This document shows positions 61,508-64,000 of a DNA stretch of 64,000 nucleotides, in pieces; within the stretch, counting starts at the first letter, position 1, and each line of letters begins with the position of its first letter. The notes under the pieces were generated by a model. That model did no database searches, was not told the origin of the DNA, and saw nothing but the letters and a program-made list of their open reading frames with translations. Source of the DNA: Lophium mytilinum (taxonomy: Eukaryota); contig MU004194.1 in NCBI GenBank assembly GCA_010093605.1, positions 844,323 through 908,322 of the forward strand. The letters run 5' to 3'. The translations under genes and the position numbers were made by a program.

Positions 61508-63881
61508 ATGGCCGACCCCGTGCGCGATGTCAACAATCACGTTCTTTTTGAGATTGCGACCGAAGTTGCCAATCGAGGTACCCCTTTCGCCAACTTCCTG
61601 TTAGAAAACTTTTCACTGACGCGCCTCAGTTGGCGGCATCTACTCAGTCCTGAAGTCAAAAGCTCAGGTCACCACCGCCGAGTATGGCTCGTCGTACACG
61701 CTTCTTGGACCGCTCAACCGCAATTCGGTACGTTTGCTAGCATTACCCGTGCATTCAAAGCTCATATCATCCATAGGCTGCTGTTGAAGTGGAAGAGATC
61801 ACGCCACAAGATCCTGCATTAGTCGAGACAATCAAGTCGATGAACGAGCGCGGAATCCAAACATTATACGGTAGATGGCTGATTGATGGCGCCCCGCGAG
61901 TTCTCCTGTTTGATACTGCAACCGCCTATGGCTACCTTGATGAGTGGAAGGCGGATCTTTGGGCGTCAGCTGGCATTCCTTCACCCCCGGGCGATGCCGA
62001 GACAAACGAGGCCATTGTATTTGGCTACCTGGTCGCCTGGTTCTTAGGAGAGGTATGCGCGTTTAGCAGTGACTATTTTGTTCTAGATTGCTAATCTTTT
62101 GCAGTATGTTTTCCACGAGAAGAAAAGGGCCGTCATTGCGCAATTCCACGAATGGTTGGCTGGTGTAGCCCTGCCTCTCTGCAAGAAGCGACGCATCGAT
62201 GTCACCACCATTTTTACCACCCACGCCACCTTACTCGGACGCTATCTCTGCGCCGGGTCAGTCGACTTCTACAACAACCTCCAATACTTTGATGTGGACG
62301 CTGAAGCCGGCAAGCGTGGTATCTACCACCGATATTGCATCGAACGGGCAGCTGCGCATGCTGCCGATGTTTTCACAACCGTTTCCCATATTACTGCCTA
62401 TGAGAGCGAACATCTGCTGAAGAGGAAGCCGGACGGCGTTCTCCCTAACGGTCTCAATGTTAAAAAATTCTCAGCTACTCACGAGTTCCAGAATCTCCAT
62501 CAACAGGCTAAAGTCAAGATCAATGACTTTGTACGCGGTCATTTCTACGGGCATAACGACTTCGACCCGGAAAACACGCTATACTTCTTCACTGCAGGAC
62601 GCTACGAATACCGGAATAAAGGAGTTGACATGTTCATCGAGTCGCTTGCTCGTCTCAACCATAGGATGAAAAGCTCAGGGTCTAAAATGACCGTGGTCGC
62701 TTTCATTATCATGCCCGCGCAAACGCAGTCATTGACTGTCGAGGCTCTGAAAGGCCAGGCAGTCATCAAATCCCTCCACGACACCATTAAGATCATCGAA
62801 CAGAATGTTGGCAAGAAGCTGTTTGAAAGGTCTATTGCTTGGCACGAGGGCTCGGAGCTTCCAGAAGACAAAGATCTAATTTCTCCAGCAGACAAGATCA
62901 TGCTCCGTCGTCGGTTGTTTGCTATGAAGCGCCATAACCTCCCTCCGATCGTCACACACAACATGGTCAATGACGCAGAAGACCCAGTGCTGAATCAAAT
63001 CCGCCGCTGCCAGCTTTTCAACCACCCGTCGGATAGAGTCAAGGTTGTCTTCCACCCCGAGTTCTTAAACTCGTCCAATCCCGTGTTGCCGATGGATTAC
63101 GACGACTTCGTACGCGGAACGCATCTGGGTGTTTTCTCATCCTACTACGAGCCTTGGGGATACACACCTGCCGAATGTACGGTAATGGGCGTGCCTAGTA
63201 TCACGACGAACCTGTCTGGGTTTGGATGCTATATGGAGGAGTTGATCGAAAACGCGCAGGACTACGGCATCTACATTGTAGACCGGAGAATGAAAGGCGT
63301 TGACGATTCGGTCAATCAGCTGTCGGATTACATGTTCGACTTCACCCAGAAGAGCAAGCGACAACGTATCAATCAGCGCAACAGAACGGAGCGCTTGAGT
63401 GATCTGCTTGACTGGAAGCGTATGGGCATGGAGTATGTCAAGGCGCGGCAATTAGCGCTGAGGAGAGGCAAGTTCTTTGTTTGCTGTCCAGGAGGTCGAC
63501 GCCACTAACTTTAGCAACAGCTTACCCTGCCGCGTTCGAAGAGGGCGAGGAGCCTGATTTCTTCGGCTCGACTGAGGTCAAGATCTCCCGGCCGTTGTCG
63601 GAGCCTGGATCGCCACGTGATCGCTCCGGAATGATGACACCAGGTGACTTCGCGTCAATTCAAGAAGGCCGCGAGGGTCTCAGCACAGAAGATTACATAG
63701 CTTGGAAGCTACCGTAAGTACTGGCATATATATAAAGCTATATTATTAGACTCTAACAATTCTCAGGGAAGAGGAAGACCCCGAGGACTACCCATTCCCG
63801 TTGACGCTCAAGTTGAAGAAGCCAGGGGGGTCTGCCGGAGGGTCTGGCGCTGTGTCGCCAGCGGTCAACGGCACGGGCTGA
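61508..63881 (+). CDS. gsy1: Glycogen synthase (GT3); exons 61508-61577, 61630-61727, 61777-62052, 62105-63467, 63521-63713, 63767-63881
   Basis: [69 protein letters not shown]-terminal phosphosite region [22 protein letters not shown]. Confidence 0.97.
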
Positions 63882-64000
63882 TCAACGAAAGCTTGGTAGC
63901 CCGTATACAAAGGTCCTAAATTGCGTTCTTTGGAGAGACGAGGTAGTACAAAGGTGGTGACAACGGTCACGTGGATCTGAGGTAGTTCTCCTTCGAAGCT

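Overview
Intron-containing genomic DNA from a filamentous ascomycete (GT-AG introns with CTRAY branch sites; probably Dothideomycete-like, not provable here). I hand-spliced about 19 protein-coding genes: a cytochrome P450, an uncharacterised multi-TM protein, a 14-exon Sar1-like GTPase that the ORF track shows only as fragments, a DUF2457-like protein, rhamnogalacturonase A, a small DUF1115-like protein, a peroxisomal 4CL-like ligase, a probable AP-1/clathrin accessory protein, a METTL25-like methyltransferase, Tlg1/syntaxin-6, a 4-TM protein, a Zn-finger+PHD protein, Egt1, a hypothetical protein, Cho2, peroxisomal Lon, a Tri12-like MFS transporter and glycogen synthase. I saw no rRNA, tRNA, CRISPR array or intact transposon. 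The most notable signals are: (1) a divergent, extremely intron-dense Sar1 gene (13 introns in a 570-nt CDS); (2) a long structured intron at the methyltransferase/sulfoxide-synthase junction of egt1, whose retention would encode a stand-alone histidine methyltransferase; (3) further long introns with pairing potential (cho2, the TM gene); (4) several TAG-interrupted gene remnants. Gene models come from manual splicing; family names come from remembered motifs, not database searches.
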